From: Gnetum montanum
Taxonomy: Eukaryota; Plantae; Gnetophyta
NCBI GenBank assembly: GCA_015680685.1
Contig: MNCI01001040.1
Location: 307,492 to 371,491, forward strand
Length of the DNA stretch: 64,000 nucleotides
Reading direction: 5' to 3'
Numbering within the stretch: the stretch's first letter is position 1; every line of letters starts with the position of its first letter. The position numbers and the translations under genes are program-made. The notes below the pieces were generated by a model. It had not been told where the DNA came from, searched no databases, and saw nothing but the letters and a program-made list of their open reading frames with translations. Of the stretch, positions 46,650 through 59,597 are shown piece after piece.

Positions 46650-49600
46650 CTAGTGCATTTTTGGCCAAGGGAGTGCCTTGATCAAGTAGTTGTTTCCTAA
46701 TATGGTTTGGATTAGGGGATTTGTAGGGCCTATGGTCCTTTGAGAGACTGTTGGCTTCAACCGCTCATTCAAGTATGCCAGCCTTATGCATTACATTGGT
46801 TGCCACAAATGCATCACTAAGAAACTTCACCTCCAACACTTGCTCCATGTCTATGTTGTGAATAGCCAGAGAGGAGGTGTTATCATCATGGATGATAACT
46901 TGACCATCTTCATATGGAAGGTGGACTTCTTTGTGGATGAGAGAGGATACAGTCCATAGTTAAGCTAGCCAAGGCCTACCCAGGATCAGGTTGAAGCCTA
47001 GCATCTCCACTATGATAGTGAAATCTACGTTAGTGGGGAACTGCTCCCCTGCCACAAAGAAGATGTTGATTATACACTTGATGATGACACATGATCCATT
47101 AAAGGATTTTAGATAGGCGATTTTGGTAGGCCTAATCTCATCTGTCAGGCCTAGGTTATTAATGATGTAGTATAGAACTACATTTCCTGCTGCACCATCA
47201 TCAATGTGTACTATGCAGATCATGCACTGTACAACACATATAATAATGGAGAGTGGAGTTGTAGTGACCTCCCCTCGTTTGAGATTAAAATTGACTACAT
47301 TGTTGTGAAAAACTAGGGATGTTAAACTCGATTCCTATGGTGTAGGGGGCAACATTGTTACATGGATGGTGTTCTCATCTGCAGGATGTCCTCTATAATA
47401 GGAATGAAGGCCAACATCTGAGCCAACACTTGGCGGTAAGTAGATGAGATCATAACTAGATCGTATAAGCTCAATGTTATGTTCTTTTACTTGAGTGTTC
47501 ATTTTACCTAGGTTAGTACAGCTACGAATTCCTTGTCATCGACCATTGTGTTAGCCTTAACTTCCTTGATACAACTTGAGATACGGATCTCTCGTAGAGG
47601 GAACTTAGGCTTAGGTTTCTTGGCCTGCTTGGAGGCAAGGGCCCCAATTTTTGATTATTTCTTGCTAGTTATGGCCTTTTCTTCAACCATGGTGGTTGTT
47701 AGGTGCTCATTCATCCTCTTGCATTGTCATTTGGTAGGCCTACTCAAGTTGCTAGTGAGTCGACCCCTTAAAAATGGGAGACTAAGATGTTACCCATTGT
47801 TGGACTTTGGGTAGGTAAGAGGCCATCACATTATGGCACCCTTATGAAAAATAGTGATTTAAAAGTTGTTGTAGGACCAACTCATTGTGGCACCTTGATG
47901 ATGAAAGGTTGCTTAGGGGTTGTTATTGTTGCATCATGCCAATTTAATGTCTTAGCAGACAATTGGTTTGGTTGCCAGTTTAATGTCTTAGCATACGATT
48001 ACTATAGGATCTTGACCACAAAGGGTGTTGTGGGTGCTCGAGGTGGCACTTTGATAACAAAGGAGGCCTCTTTCTTGTGGAGGCTAAGGGTATCCTTGCC
48101 TTGCTAGGAGGCACATGGATCACAAAAGGTTGTTGTGTAGGTTTAGACATGCCACCTATGCTAATGGAGTTTATGATGTAGGGAGCATCTTCTACATTGG
48201 ATTGGCTTGCTTCATTAAGCACCAGTTGGTCTTGTTCTATCATTCTTTGCAAGTCATCTTGCAAAGCATGACAATTGTTTGTACTATGACTAGACATCTA
48301 GTGGTAATGATAGTATTGGTCCAACTTTAAGTGTTGTGGGATCAAGGGCTTGTTCAATACTATTAAGGTGGGATTCCTTAGTAGTTTGCAATAGCTATCA
48401 TGTTTTTGATAAGCAATCTTTGATACATGTTTATATTGGATTCACCTAGCTTCCAGGAGTTGCTCTAATAGTTCAAATGGTTCCATTAGTAGCGATGTAT
48501 ACTTTGAGTGATCCTTGTGCCCAAAGTTGGGCCTTGGGGTAGCCCCTACTAATGTAGGCAAGTTTGCACTAGAGTTGGAAGATTTGTGAACTAGGGCCTT
48601 GGGTTGCTTAGCTATCATGCCCCAGTTGGTTGCTTTTGTACTTGTGGCCACCATTGCCACTGTTGCATTTTTCTTACATGCATGTTGGTTTCTTTAGGCC
48701 ACATAGGTTGGATCATTGTTGGCTTACGATCTATGCCCTTCGTTTGGGGAAAGGATTGCATAAGAGACTTTGGTGCCAGGTAATATAGTTTAGACTTGAT
48801 GAAGTTGTTCACTACACCCTTGAAGATGGCCAATAGGTGTCTCTGCTAGGGGTTCATGCATTGCACTCAATGCTATGCTCTAGTGTTGGAGGAATTTTGG
48901 CATAGGCTCTAGGGGCCCCTACTTGACCTGAATGAGCTGATTGAGGATTGATTTAGGCTTTAGGTTGTACTTAAAGCATGTTACAAATTAGATTAGGAGA
49001 TCCTCTAGGGAAGAGATTGAGGCCTTAGGTAATGAAAGGTACTAGTCTAAGGCCTTGCCAATGAGAGACATGGGGAACACACATATGATGGCATGTGGAC
49101 ATGCTTGCAAAAGTAGGCACTCAGACTTGAATGTGACCAAGTGTGCATTGGGGTCCCCCTCACTATTGAACTTGGTGAGTTGAGGTAGTGGGATTCTAGT
49201 TGGAAGAGTTTGGGATGGGACCACAGAACTTATGGGATCATCTTAGTAGAATTCCACCACCTTGAAAATTTCAAAGGAGGCAACTTTAAGTCCATTGAAG
49301 TCCTTTGTCAAAATTTGGATCAGCTAGAATGCCTAATCTAAGCTTAGGGATGTGCTAGCTAATTGCATTAGCTAGGCTTGTGTTGGTTGTATGGCATAGG
49401 GGCAAATTGTTGATTGCGAAGTTTGCTATTTTAATGTCATAGTGGATGGTCATTGCCAGTTTGACATTGTAGCATACGGGTTTAGTTGATGTGTTGCCTA
49501 TGTGATGGGCATGGTGATTGAGGTAGGCCAAACATGCATGGGTTGGATTAATGCCAAGGGCATCGATGAGACAAGCGGGATGTAGGATGCCTACATTATC

Positions 49601-50113
49601 TAGGGCTAGGAGGCAGCCCCCTGCATGAGCATAGGGTTGGGCAAATGCAATGATCACTTGCAAGGAAGGCTAAATTGGCATGGTCACCATATTGGAGAGA
49701 ACAAGTGGACTAAATTGAGGAGGGGCTATACTAGGGAGTAGTTGTTGGAAGATGGTGTAGAGGGGGATCTTGCATTCAGAGTGAGCCTCAAACTCATCTT
49801 CTTCCTCCTGTGAGGCTTCCTCATAGGTTTTCCTTGCATCATGCTCATTTGCATAGATGAGTTGGGACAACAACTAGTGGTAGGACTTCATGAATGGGAT
49901 TATGTTGAACAATGAGGGGTTATACTCTTGTCCATCCCAATGGACTCATTTGTAGTCCTATTTTGCCTCCAAGTCAAGGCAATCCACTGGTAATCCTACT
50001 TGGATTTTGGCATAATCAAAATTGTATTGTTCGTGTCTTATTGTAGCATGCTTTGGGTGGATCATGATGTCAAATGTGTTAGAAACTGACATGGAAGGTT
50101 GATCTAGATTCAT
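46650..50113 (-). pseudogene. gag: Decayed gag-protease of element E
   Basis: LTKFNSEGDPNAHL; KDHSKYT; MSSHSTNNCHAL; HIDDGAAGNV...FNLILGRPWL. Confidence 0.85.
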
Positions 50114-50149
50114 GTTCACAGATTAGGTTGTGAGAGTTGTTGTTTGTAA

Positions 50150-50410
50150 AAAAATTGGCTAACTCTAAAAACTGTAGAAAAATGACTAGGTCTATCGATA
50201 GTAGAAAAATAACTAAGTATAAAAATGTAGAAATATGGCTAAGTGTGAAAACTAAAAAGAATTAAGTATAAAATTGTAAAAAATTGGTAAAGTATAAAAT
50301 TGAAAAAATTTGGCTAAGTATGAAAATGCAAAAAATTTTCTAAGTATGAAAATGCAAAAAAAAAAAAAAATCCTAACTATGAAAACTACTGAAAATGGCT
50401 AACTCTAGTG
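50150..50410 (-). repeat. ~26 bp degenerate tandem repeat in the 5' UTR of E
   Basis: Recurrent plus-strand AAAATGYAAAAAATTTGGCTAAGTAT-like units. Confidence 0.7.
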
Positions 50411-50649
50411 TTATGCTTGCTACGCTAGAGCTAACTACACTTTCTATGCTAAAAGCTAGCTATGCTCTCCCGAGCACCCAGAATTTTGATTAAGTGCCAA
50501 AGATATGCTTTGGCTTTTGTCTAGCAGGGTTCCAGGGGAATCGACGATGGGGTCCAATCTACACTAACAAATGGTGATGAGAGCACATGGGACAATAATC
50601 AAAAAATATAGAAGGAAATGACAAGGCCCTCCATCAAGTGCCAAAAAAA

Positions 50650-52433
50650 TGTAGCAATTGAAAACATCAATGGCTAGAACACCAAAGGGTTCATGGGCAC
50701 ATAGCCTAACCCTACCTTCGCATGAGGACCTTGCTAGAAAATGCAGGTGGAGTGTCCTAGATGATCTTGTTGATCAAACATGGACTTTGCTAACTACAAC
50801 CAAGGTATTGGGTGCAACCAAGGATGGCGTGGTTAGCTAAAATGCAAATGCAAACAACATGAAATGGTGCTAAGTGTCAAAATGGTGTTTCACGGTGCTA
50901 AGTGTCAAAATGGTGTTTCACGGTGCTAAGTGTAGAGTGTAGCCATAGAATGGAGGTAAGTGTACCTAAAGGTTTCGATTGAAATAAAGGCATCAACCCA
51001 TGGAGACTACCACCTAAGCATAGTACAACATGATGATGCATGAAAAAAAATGCAAAAAAACATAAGAAAAATGCAATAAAATGCTAGAAACAAGAGAGAG
51101 AAATGGAACACCATCCAAAATGGGAGTGTAGTTAACTTCCAAAGGGTCTTAAAAGATACACAATGTACAACAAGCATAGTGGGAGTGTAGTCATAGTAGT
51201 AATGGTGTCAGGCTATGATTTCTGGTCCTCATCATGATGAATCATGCTTGCTAGGTTGGCTGCCATGATATACCATGCAATGTTCTTTAGGGTTGCAAAG
51301 GGGTTGTGGTGCACCATGTAGTGTAAGGCTGCAACGAGGCTGTGGTGTACTGTATAGTGAAAGTATGCCTTTCTATTGATGTGGTGTGCTCTGGGTCTCA
51401 TTTTCCCATGGAGCTAAGTGCAAAGATGCCAAAATGCCGAATGCCAAATGAAAGTGTCAACTGCCAACCACTAAAATGTTGGAGGTCCAGGGGTATTTAT
51501 AAGGCTAAAGTTAGCCAAAAATGCAAATCAAGTACCACATGGTAGTGTGGTAGGTGGGACTATGAGAAAAATTTAGAAAACTTTCTAAGTCTAGAGATGA
51601 CCAGAAAAAGTTCAAATATTTTTCTAACTCTGGTTGCTACACTCGCTATGCTCACCCCTTGCTACACTTGCTATGATCTAGAGAATAGGTATAATTTGGG
51701 ACAAATGAGGGATGTAGAAGAAATGAAAATTACTGATCTTGCTTGTTGGAGTAGTTCTAGGCTGGAATAAATGCCTATGCTAAGCTATGTAAGCTTTTGG
51801 AGGCAGTTCCATGTTGCTACGCTAGCTACGCTCTAGAGCATAGTTCAACAGTTAGGAAAATTTTGCAAAAAACTAAAGTCCAATGCTGCTATGCTCATGA
51901 GCATAGTAGGAAGGGATAGGTGAAAAACTAAAGTCTAGCACTACTACACTTGCTACACTCATGAGCATAGTAGGAAGGGATAGGGTGTAGCATGAACACT
52001 TTGAAAAATGCAGTAAAAATTGTAGTCCTTATCTTGCTACACCTATTATGCTTTGGAGCATAGTAGGCGGGGTAGCCTTGAGAGTTAGAAAATCTACCAA
52101 ATTATTTCCTCCATTTTGAGCTAGCTTGACAAATTTTGACTTGACACATGCAAACTGGTCATCAAAATGCTGCTATGCTTACTATGCTTAAGAGGGTAGT
52201 AGGAGGATTGGGAGCATAGCAAGACACTTAGAAAACTTTTTGTAGCTTGTGTCATCATTTTAACACTTAACCAAAATTGTAGAAAATTGGTTGTTGAAGT
52301 TGACAATGCTCTACTACAGTGGAGAGCATGGTCTCAGTACTTGGACAAAGCTTTTGTTGAAAGTGCCATCATTTTGACACTTAGAAAAATTTGCAATCTA
52401 GAAGAAGTAGCCCAAAATTTTTGTGGTGTTTCA
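50650..52433 (-). repeat. 5' LTR of element E
   Basis: On the minus strand it starts TGAAACACCAC, as in B and D. Confidence 0.93.
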
Positions 52434-52438
52434 TTGCT

Positions 52439-53790
52439 GACCACTTATCTTGGTTAAGATGAGATAAAAAAGAGGAGGAGAATCCACTTTAGATCAGTTT
52501 CTTACTGAAAACCTCTTTATAGGGCTATAAATAAACAAGTGGCCACTAAAACCAACTGGTACAATGGCATTCTCATGTACCTTCTCACTCAAGAGATGTC
52601 ATAGGATTCAGATATTAATAAGAAACAATAGTTTCTTCACTAGGAAAAATATTTTATGAAAATCAATGGACACCTTTACAAGGTGTATATCAATGACTTA
52701 ATTCAATGGTGTGTACCTAATGATGATTAACTATGCATTCTCTAGGATGCTCATGAGGGCCCTTGTAAAAGCCACTATGTTGGGAAATACATGACTATTA
52801 ATATCCTCATGGAAGGGTATTTTTGGCCAAAAATTTTTAGAGATGTTCATCACTTTGTCCACTCCTATGATTACTATCAATGTGATGGTGGAATGATCAC
52901 TCATATGGTGGAGTCTCAGTAGTGGATCCAACCACTAGATCCCTTCAACATTTGGAGCATCAATTTCATTGATCCCATGACTATAATGTCCAATGGAAAT
53001 GTGTACATCATAGACAATATTGACTATTATACTAAATGAGTAGAAGCAAAGGCTATCATCAATTGCACATCTTCTATAGTTACCCAATTTATATAAAAAT
53101 ATGTTGTAAATAGGTTTGGGATGCCACATACACTTATATGTGATAATGGAACTTATTTTATAGGCACCACCTTTCAAAAGCTCTTGTAGCACTTGGGGGT
53201 TGAACATAAACCAATAACACTCTACCACCCCCAAGTTAATGGTCAAGTAGAGGTTATGAATGGGAAGATAACAAAAATGATATTAAGAACAACTAGTAAA
53301 TATAGGAGGGATAGAAGTACAAAATGCAATGATGGCCTTTGGGCCTACCGCTCCACTTAGAAACTTCCCATTGGCTACTGTCCCTATGAGCTTGTGTACA
53401 TTAAACTACCAACACTTCCTATCCAAATGGAGCTCTGTACACTATCAACCACTCATGACCTTTGCCTTGACCTAAGCCTAGCACAGAAAAATGGTTAATG
53501 AATCTCAACATGCTAAATGAGAACTAATAAGTGGCCTTGTTATCTAACAAAGTGTACAAGGCATTTAATAAACAATTCCATGACCTTAGAATTAGGAAAG
53601 TGAAATTTCAACTAGGAGATACAATCCTCTACTAGAATCCCAGACATATATCACAAAAAACTAAGTTCCAAATGTTGTGGAAAGGGCCTTATATTATCTA
53701 TGAAACCTTTTCTTCTGGGGCCATGTTAATTTACAAACCTGAAAGCCCAAATAAAAAGCCCCTAGTCAACATGAAATAAATAAAATATTT
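52439..53790 (+). pseudogene. Integrase of element C
   Basis: AHEGPC.SHY; PFNIWSINFI; ICDNGTYF; TLYHPQVNGQVE; LWAYR; WKGPY. Confidence 0.85.
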
Positions 53791-54197
53791 CTAAGAATCC
53801 AAAAGAGTCTATAACTAAAATACCTTAATGGATGAGAAAGTGCACTCAATTTCTTGAATTTCCTCCTTCCAGTGTAGTCATGGGGGAGATGGACATCCAT
53901 GCCAATCAATCAAAGTGGCTTCTTAATTTTTCATTTTTCTTTTTTCTCAGATATTTTATTTTACACCATTTTTAGTACATTTTCTCTTTCTTAAATATTT
54001 TACAATTTGTTCTATATTTTACTTTATTTGGTTTGAAATTATTCTTATGTTTTCCTTTATTGCTACCAAGACTTGGTGCAGCTATAGCTATAAATTAATG
54101 GTGATCTCTACTATAATGTTATTTAATTGCTAATGTCTAGATTCTATCTTTGAATTTTGATGTTGATAACTAAGACATGATTTCTTTTCATGATAAC

Positions 54198-54254
54198 NNN
54201 NNNNNNNNNNNNNNNNNNNNNNNNNNNNNNNNNNNNNNNNNNNNNNNNNNNNNN
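54198..54254. other. Assembly gap (57 N)
   Basis: Run of n characters. Confidence 1.
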
Positions 54255-55494
54255 AAACACAATAATGGAAAGTCTAAGTACATTCCTTAGATAAAATAAT
54301 AGGCTACAAGCACTGGTTATGGAACTAGAAAGACATGTTACCCATGCTTGAAGATCCCTCTAACTAAGATCCATCTCACTTCCTGCTTCTCTTTTCTTCT
54401 CATTTATGAATGATGATTGATCCGTGGGGATATTCTTATGCCTTGGGATGTGGATGAGTGTAAGAGTGCCAATGCAAAGTCACTAAAAGTGGTTGGTTTT
54501 AATTTGAACTAAGGATGGAAATTATCAAGTCATATTAATTGAAAAATCCACAAGGGACTTCATGTGACAATGATATGAAACTCCATTCCACTTTCTCTCT
54601 TACCTACCTATGTTTTTCATAACTCATCTCATTACCTTTTCTCATGTTCATTCAATGTCTTTGTTGGATACAGTAAAAATTCTTTGGTAGTTTTTTTTAG
54701 TGATCTGGTCCTTAACTAACCACAACTAGTAATCATCCATGGAATCCATAGAATCCATGATTTTGGGACATGTAAGGGCATTAAGGACATGACCTTGCTA
54801 TGGTGAGGAAGCACTTACATACTCCTTGGTTAGGTTGGTTAAATTTCTCATCCCTTAGGCATTTTTGCATTCAAGTCTTTTGTGATCCACATCAATTATG
54901 TCTAGTTGTGCACTCCTTCATTAACATTCTTCTTCAATTTGATGTATAAACCCTATTGTTTTCCCTTCATTCTTAATGGTGAAAAATTTTTTCTATCAAT
55001 TGCATTTATGGGATCTTGTCAATGTAACCCAAAAACTCTATATATAGGTGCAAAACTTAGTGAATTTTTTGCCATTTTCTTCAAAAGGAGAGGAGAGTTT
55101 TTGTGGTTTTCAAAGCCCAAAATCTTCCAAAGTCCATATCTCATAAATTTCTTGTTTGATTAATCCCATTCTTTAGTCCTATAGCTACTGGAGGTAAGCT
55201 CTATGTTGTGGGGGCTACAAACCTTAGGTTTTTGATGAAACATTTTTCAAATTTTTTCTAACTTCCACAAGGTTTAATAAATAAAATAATATTAAAATCA
55301 CTAATTCATGAGAGGTAAACCTTTCCAATAAACTCTGGTAGCCATCTAAATGAAATAATAATAAAATGATATTAAAATAATCAAATTTTCCATGATCGCA
55401 ACTTAGTCAAGTGTATCTAATCCAAAGAGTCAAGGTATCAAAAATGTTTAAGTTACACATCAAATGCTAATCCTTGGTTATGTCCTGATTACAT

Positions 55495-58340
55495 ATGGCA
55501 CCTAAGCCAAGAGACAAACATGGACAAGAGATGGGACTATCCTAATTGAGGGACAAGAAACCTAGAACTAGAAGTGGCCAATAGTCAAAGTAGCCCCAAG
55601 AACAAGTAGTTGAAACACATGCAATGGGACCTATTAAAGAGGAGCCCAAAGTGGAATCTTTTTTACAGATTTCCAAAGTTGAAATAGAGTAATTCCACTA
55701 GGATGAGGGATCGGGACCAAGGCCAGACCTTGAGGTCACATTAATAGATGCCTACCTTAGGCAAATCCAATCCAAGGAGATTCAATGTTTAGTTATCCAA
55801 GAGCTAAACTATGCTACCTTCTTGGACTTTCCTCTAGAATAAGTCATAACTTAGTTGTAGACTTCTCCCATGTAGCCTATTCTTACCTCTAGTGAAGAAT
55901 GGTACATGAGAGAAACATATCTCTTTTAGAACAATAGGCAAGATGATGCCATTGTGAAAATCAAGGATAATAGTATGTCCTACTCAGTGGAGGCCATCTC
56001 TCAAGCCCTTAAGTTGTTATGAACTAGAGTAACCTTGGCAAAAATTTTGACACAAGCAGTTCCAAAGGTAAAGAAGGAGTGGGTGTAGTGGTGCTAAAGA
56101 GTTTACTACAAGGAATATGGTGAACTCATAATGGTAGAGTGAGCATACTTCAAGATTGTAGCCTATCACCTTAATTTGATGGTGAGGCCAAGTGAGGTGA
56201 CAAACTTCTCTGCTTGTGGATGCACTACTCTAAGAGGAAAATTTTCTGTCAATCTCCCATAGCTTATCTATCTTGAGATAGAGAAGCACTTTAAGGAAAA
56301 TTAATGTGGGAGAAAGAAACTTTCCTTTCTATGTCCAACTTGAAAATTTTACAAAAGGGAAGGAATAACCCACCACTCAAATGACACCCTTAGACATGCT
56401 TCTGCTACCTCTTGGGCAGAAATGATGAAAGGCAAGGTGCCTACCAAGATGCAAGAAGAGGAGTAGCCACCAATATCACCCATTCATGAAACAACACCGA
56501 AGGATCATGTTGTCATGGACTGCATTAAAAAAATCTATGAGTATATCCTACAATAACAAAAAGTAGGATTAAGTGGTGATCCATCCATCTACTAATCAAT
56601 CCTAAGTCACTTGAATGAGATCACTCATAACATCAGCTGGTTGAAGGATGTGGAGCCTATGTTTTTTGTCTACATGCTTGAATCCTAGTGGCTAAAAGGT
56701 AATGGTGTCCATTCCAGGATAACAACAATTTTTAAAAATCTCTAGAAATGTAGCTACCTTCTTGGTATGTCTAGAGGAAGGTGATGGGATAACTATCTTG
56801 GTGATGTAGTACTAAGGGTAGGAAATAATGACTAAGGTGGTAGATAATTGAGTGGGAGAAGCACTTAATGTTCTTGCAATATCTATGTTAGATATTGCTA
56901 CACTTAGAGATGTGCAGATATATGCAAGAGAAACAAATGTAAGATTTAGCATAGCCCAACATAAGAAATTGCTAGTATAATAAGTGAAAATGAGACATCC
57001 ACTTTTGAAGGTCTTTAACATTTTAGATGACATCACTATAATCTAGTGAGTGCTATCATAGGTTAAGGGCAAGTACCTCATTGCTAATGCTGAACTTAAG
57101 GTAGACACAATAAAAAATTGGTTCTTGGTTCCGAAAGTTGCATAATTCCAAGCCTTTCTTGCTAATCCTATAGTTTTTGGCTAGGTCATAAGTAGAGATG
57201 AAGCTTTTCTATAGCTTCAAGTAAAAATTCAAGTAGCCAAGAATGCTAAGGAGACAATAGTCTTTGATGAGTCCATAGTAGTAGCATTGGCTTATAACAC
57301 TAAGAAGGAGTTATTAAACATTCACAAGGAGAATGTTGTTCTAACCAATAATAACTATAACCTACATAATGTTGAGCTTCAAAAAGAACAGATGGTTGAA
57401 TACATGAGATAACAGCAAGAGCAACTCTCCAAGGTAACCATGTACTTGAGAAGGTTGAAAGTAGAAAATTGTAATATCTTGATGGAGGAGGTCCATGATC
57501 TTTGCCAGAAATTTGCAATCAAGATCATCATTTGGAAGAATGAGGCTCTCAAATTTGAAAGAGTCAAGAATCACTATAGAAACTAGTTCATATTTTAGAA
57601 AGAGATCAACAAAAAAGAGATTAAACTAGTAGAGGAAAAAGTAAATTAGGTCCTCTAGTAGCTCCAACAAGGAGGTGACATGGGGCAGCCCATCTTTGAT
57701 GGACTAAACATGTACAACAAGGTAGAAATCCACCTCAAGGAGCTACAAATAAAGGAGATGATGGAGTACATAGAGCTTTCCAACCTCTGGTATGCAAACT
57801 TGGCCATGCCAAATACTAGGTGGCTAAGGTCAAAACTAGAAAAACAAGTAATTAGTTCATACCTATTGTATGAGGAAAATTTTAAGCATCATAAGGAGAT
57901 GAAGTAAAAGCTAGAAATTGCCAATGCTAAACTCGATGTTTTCAAAGAACACTTCATCAATCAAAGATTAATAGTTGAGAACTTGGCCCATAGATTGAGT
58001 GACTACCATAATCTACAAAATTTTGTTGAGGCATTTGATGTCAAAAACAAATAATTTGTAATCTAGTTCATCAATGTGAAGGAGTTGTTAACTAAAATGC
58101 CCTATTTATGGAATCTTCTCATACTGGTCCACATTGGTAATGCTGCATAGACCATGTACAATCCATAGAGTAAGGAGGAGAAGATGAAAGCATTGCTAGA
58201 TGCTTTCTATATTCTACTAGTAGTCAAAATTGTAGCAAGACAACCACAATTTTCATTGCCCCAACAATAATAGTCACATGTACTAGAGGTAGGAGAAGGT
58301 CCTTTGACAACTCAAGAACCTCCACCACTAGGACTATTTG
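55495..58340 (+). pseudogene. Decayed extra (env-like / plant-transposon-protein + coiled-coil-like) ORF of element C
   Basis: Starts MAPKPR; contains YSVEAISQAL and GKFSVNLP.LIYLEI...LSFLC; E/K-rich second half; ends QEPPPLG. Confidence 0.7.
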
Positions 58341-58594
58341 ATTTTCTCTTCTTCTTCAAGCCACTAGAGGGGTTTTGCTATTAGTTTTTGTAAAAATATT
58401 CAATTGAGTTAGTGTGTGTTACAATGTGTGAAATTGTAAATTGTAAATTTGTACACTTGGGTACTTAGCATTAGTTGAGTCAATGCATGTCATAATCAGT
58501 CAATCAATAATACCATACTTTCCCAAAATTTTGTAAAGAACTTGTTCCCTCTTTTATTCACTCAAGGAAACGTTTTCTTTTAGTTGTGAGGGTA

Positions 58595-59464
58595 TGATGA
58601 GTTGTAGTTGATTGGATTGCATTTACGTGATCCCATCAATGCAAACGTGTTGATGTAATCCCATCAATGCATACTCATCAATGCATGGTTTGATGTGTTG
58701 ACACATACATGTTGATGCAGTGTCTAGTCTTGCCTATATACATGTGTGCACCCACCATATATATGGCATTTATTCATTCATAGCTTAGCAAAAATCTTGC
58801 AATTTATTTATTTAAGAGTTAGAATATTTTCTAAGTGCACATAGTAGGTGTTGAGAAGTGTACAAATCTTTATTTGAGCACTAATGTACCTAGACACTTT
58901 GGTGTGAATGACAATAAAGACAAGCTTGCTGATAAACCTTGCCTCACTTGGAATTAGCATAATATCTCTTCAATTCACTTTACTATTATGCAATTTATTT
59001 TATTAAATTTAATTAATTAATTAATAGTAAGTAATTAATGCACATAAATACAACCATCTTAACCATATTTTAATGCTTGGTAATCCCAGTAGTGCTTACG
59101 CTTAATAACCTAGTAGTGTTGCAATGTGTTCAAGATGTGTATGGTGAATGGGAATAGATACTTATGTTAGGATTAGTTATACATTAATTAGTTCTTAGAT
59201 TAATTAGACATTTAATTAATTTATTTTCTACAAAGGAAAATTAAATGAAAAACAAAAAAATTATACAAATCATGTGCCTTAGTTACAGTTAACCATACCC
59301 TTAAACCTCACAAGTGGAACTGGGAAGACAATGATCATGTCCTTGAAATTCACTACCTAGATTAAGTGTACTTAAAGAGATAAAGTCTATGGAATTCAAT
59401 TGGATTGCTTAGGGAACACTAGTGATTTGTATGGTTGGGTGTAGGGATTGCTTACTACTCATCA
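58595..59464 (+). repeat. 3' LTR of element C
   Basis: TGATGAGTTG...CTACTCATCA, preceded by GAGGGTA and followed by the TSD. Confidence 0.93.
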
Positions 59465-59597
59465 ACTAGTAATCATATCTTTTACTATCTAAGGATATAG
59501 ACCAATTAAGTAAAAGAATTATACAAAATTTAATTGAATCATACATACATTCTACTGATTCATATGGTTGGGCATAGGAAAAATATACTATTCATTA

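Larger units (their letters stand above)
42901..52433 (-). mobile_element. Element E: non-autonomous Tat-like element (gag-PR only), 9.5 kb, minus strand
   Basis: Perfect TSD TTGCT at 42896-42900 and 52434-52438, splitting the (V)ADHLS motif of C pol. LTRs at 42901-44628 and 50650-52433. PBS 50643-50625; PPT 44645-44629. Confidence 0.95.
29126..59464 (+). mobile_element. Element C: Athila-like Ty3/gypsy lacking RT (gag, PR, RH, INT, extra ORF), host to D and E
   Basis: TSD ACTAG at 29121-29125 and 59465-59469. LTRs at 29126-29972 and 58595-59464. PBS TGGTGCCATTGCTAAGGA. Confidence 0.93.
289..59597 (+). repeat. 3' LTR of element Z, split by insertions A and C into 289-393, 28511-29125 and 59470-59597
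   Basis: Starts TGATGA and ends CTATTCATTA (cf. CTACTCATCA in C). The three pieces sum to 848 bp versus 847 bp for the 5' LTR of C, and they are colinear with it. Confidence 0.8.

Noticed and set aside
50866-50930. Exact 28 bp duplication in one LTR of E (similar 40 bp duplication at 29431-29510 in C)
   Set aside because: Local slippage or assembly overlap, with no sign of function.
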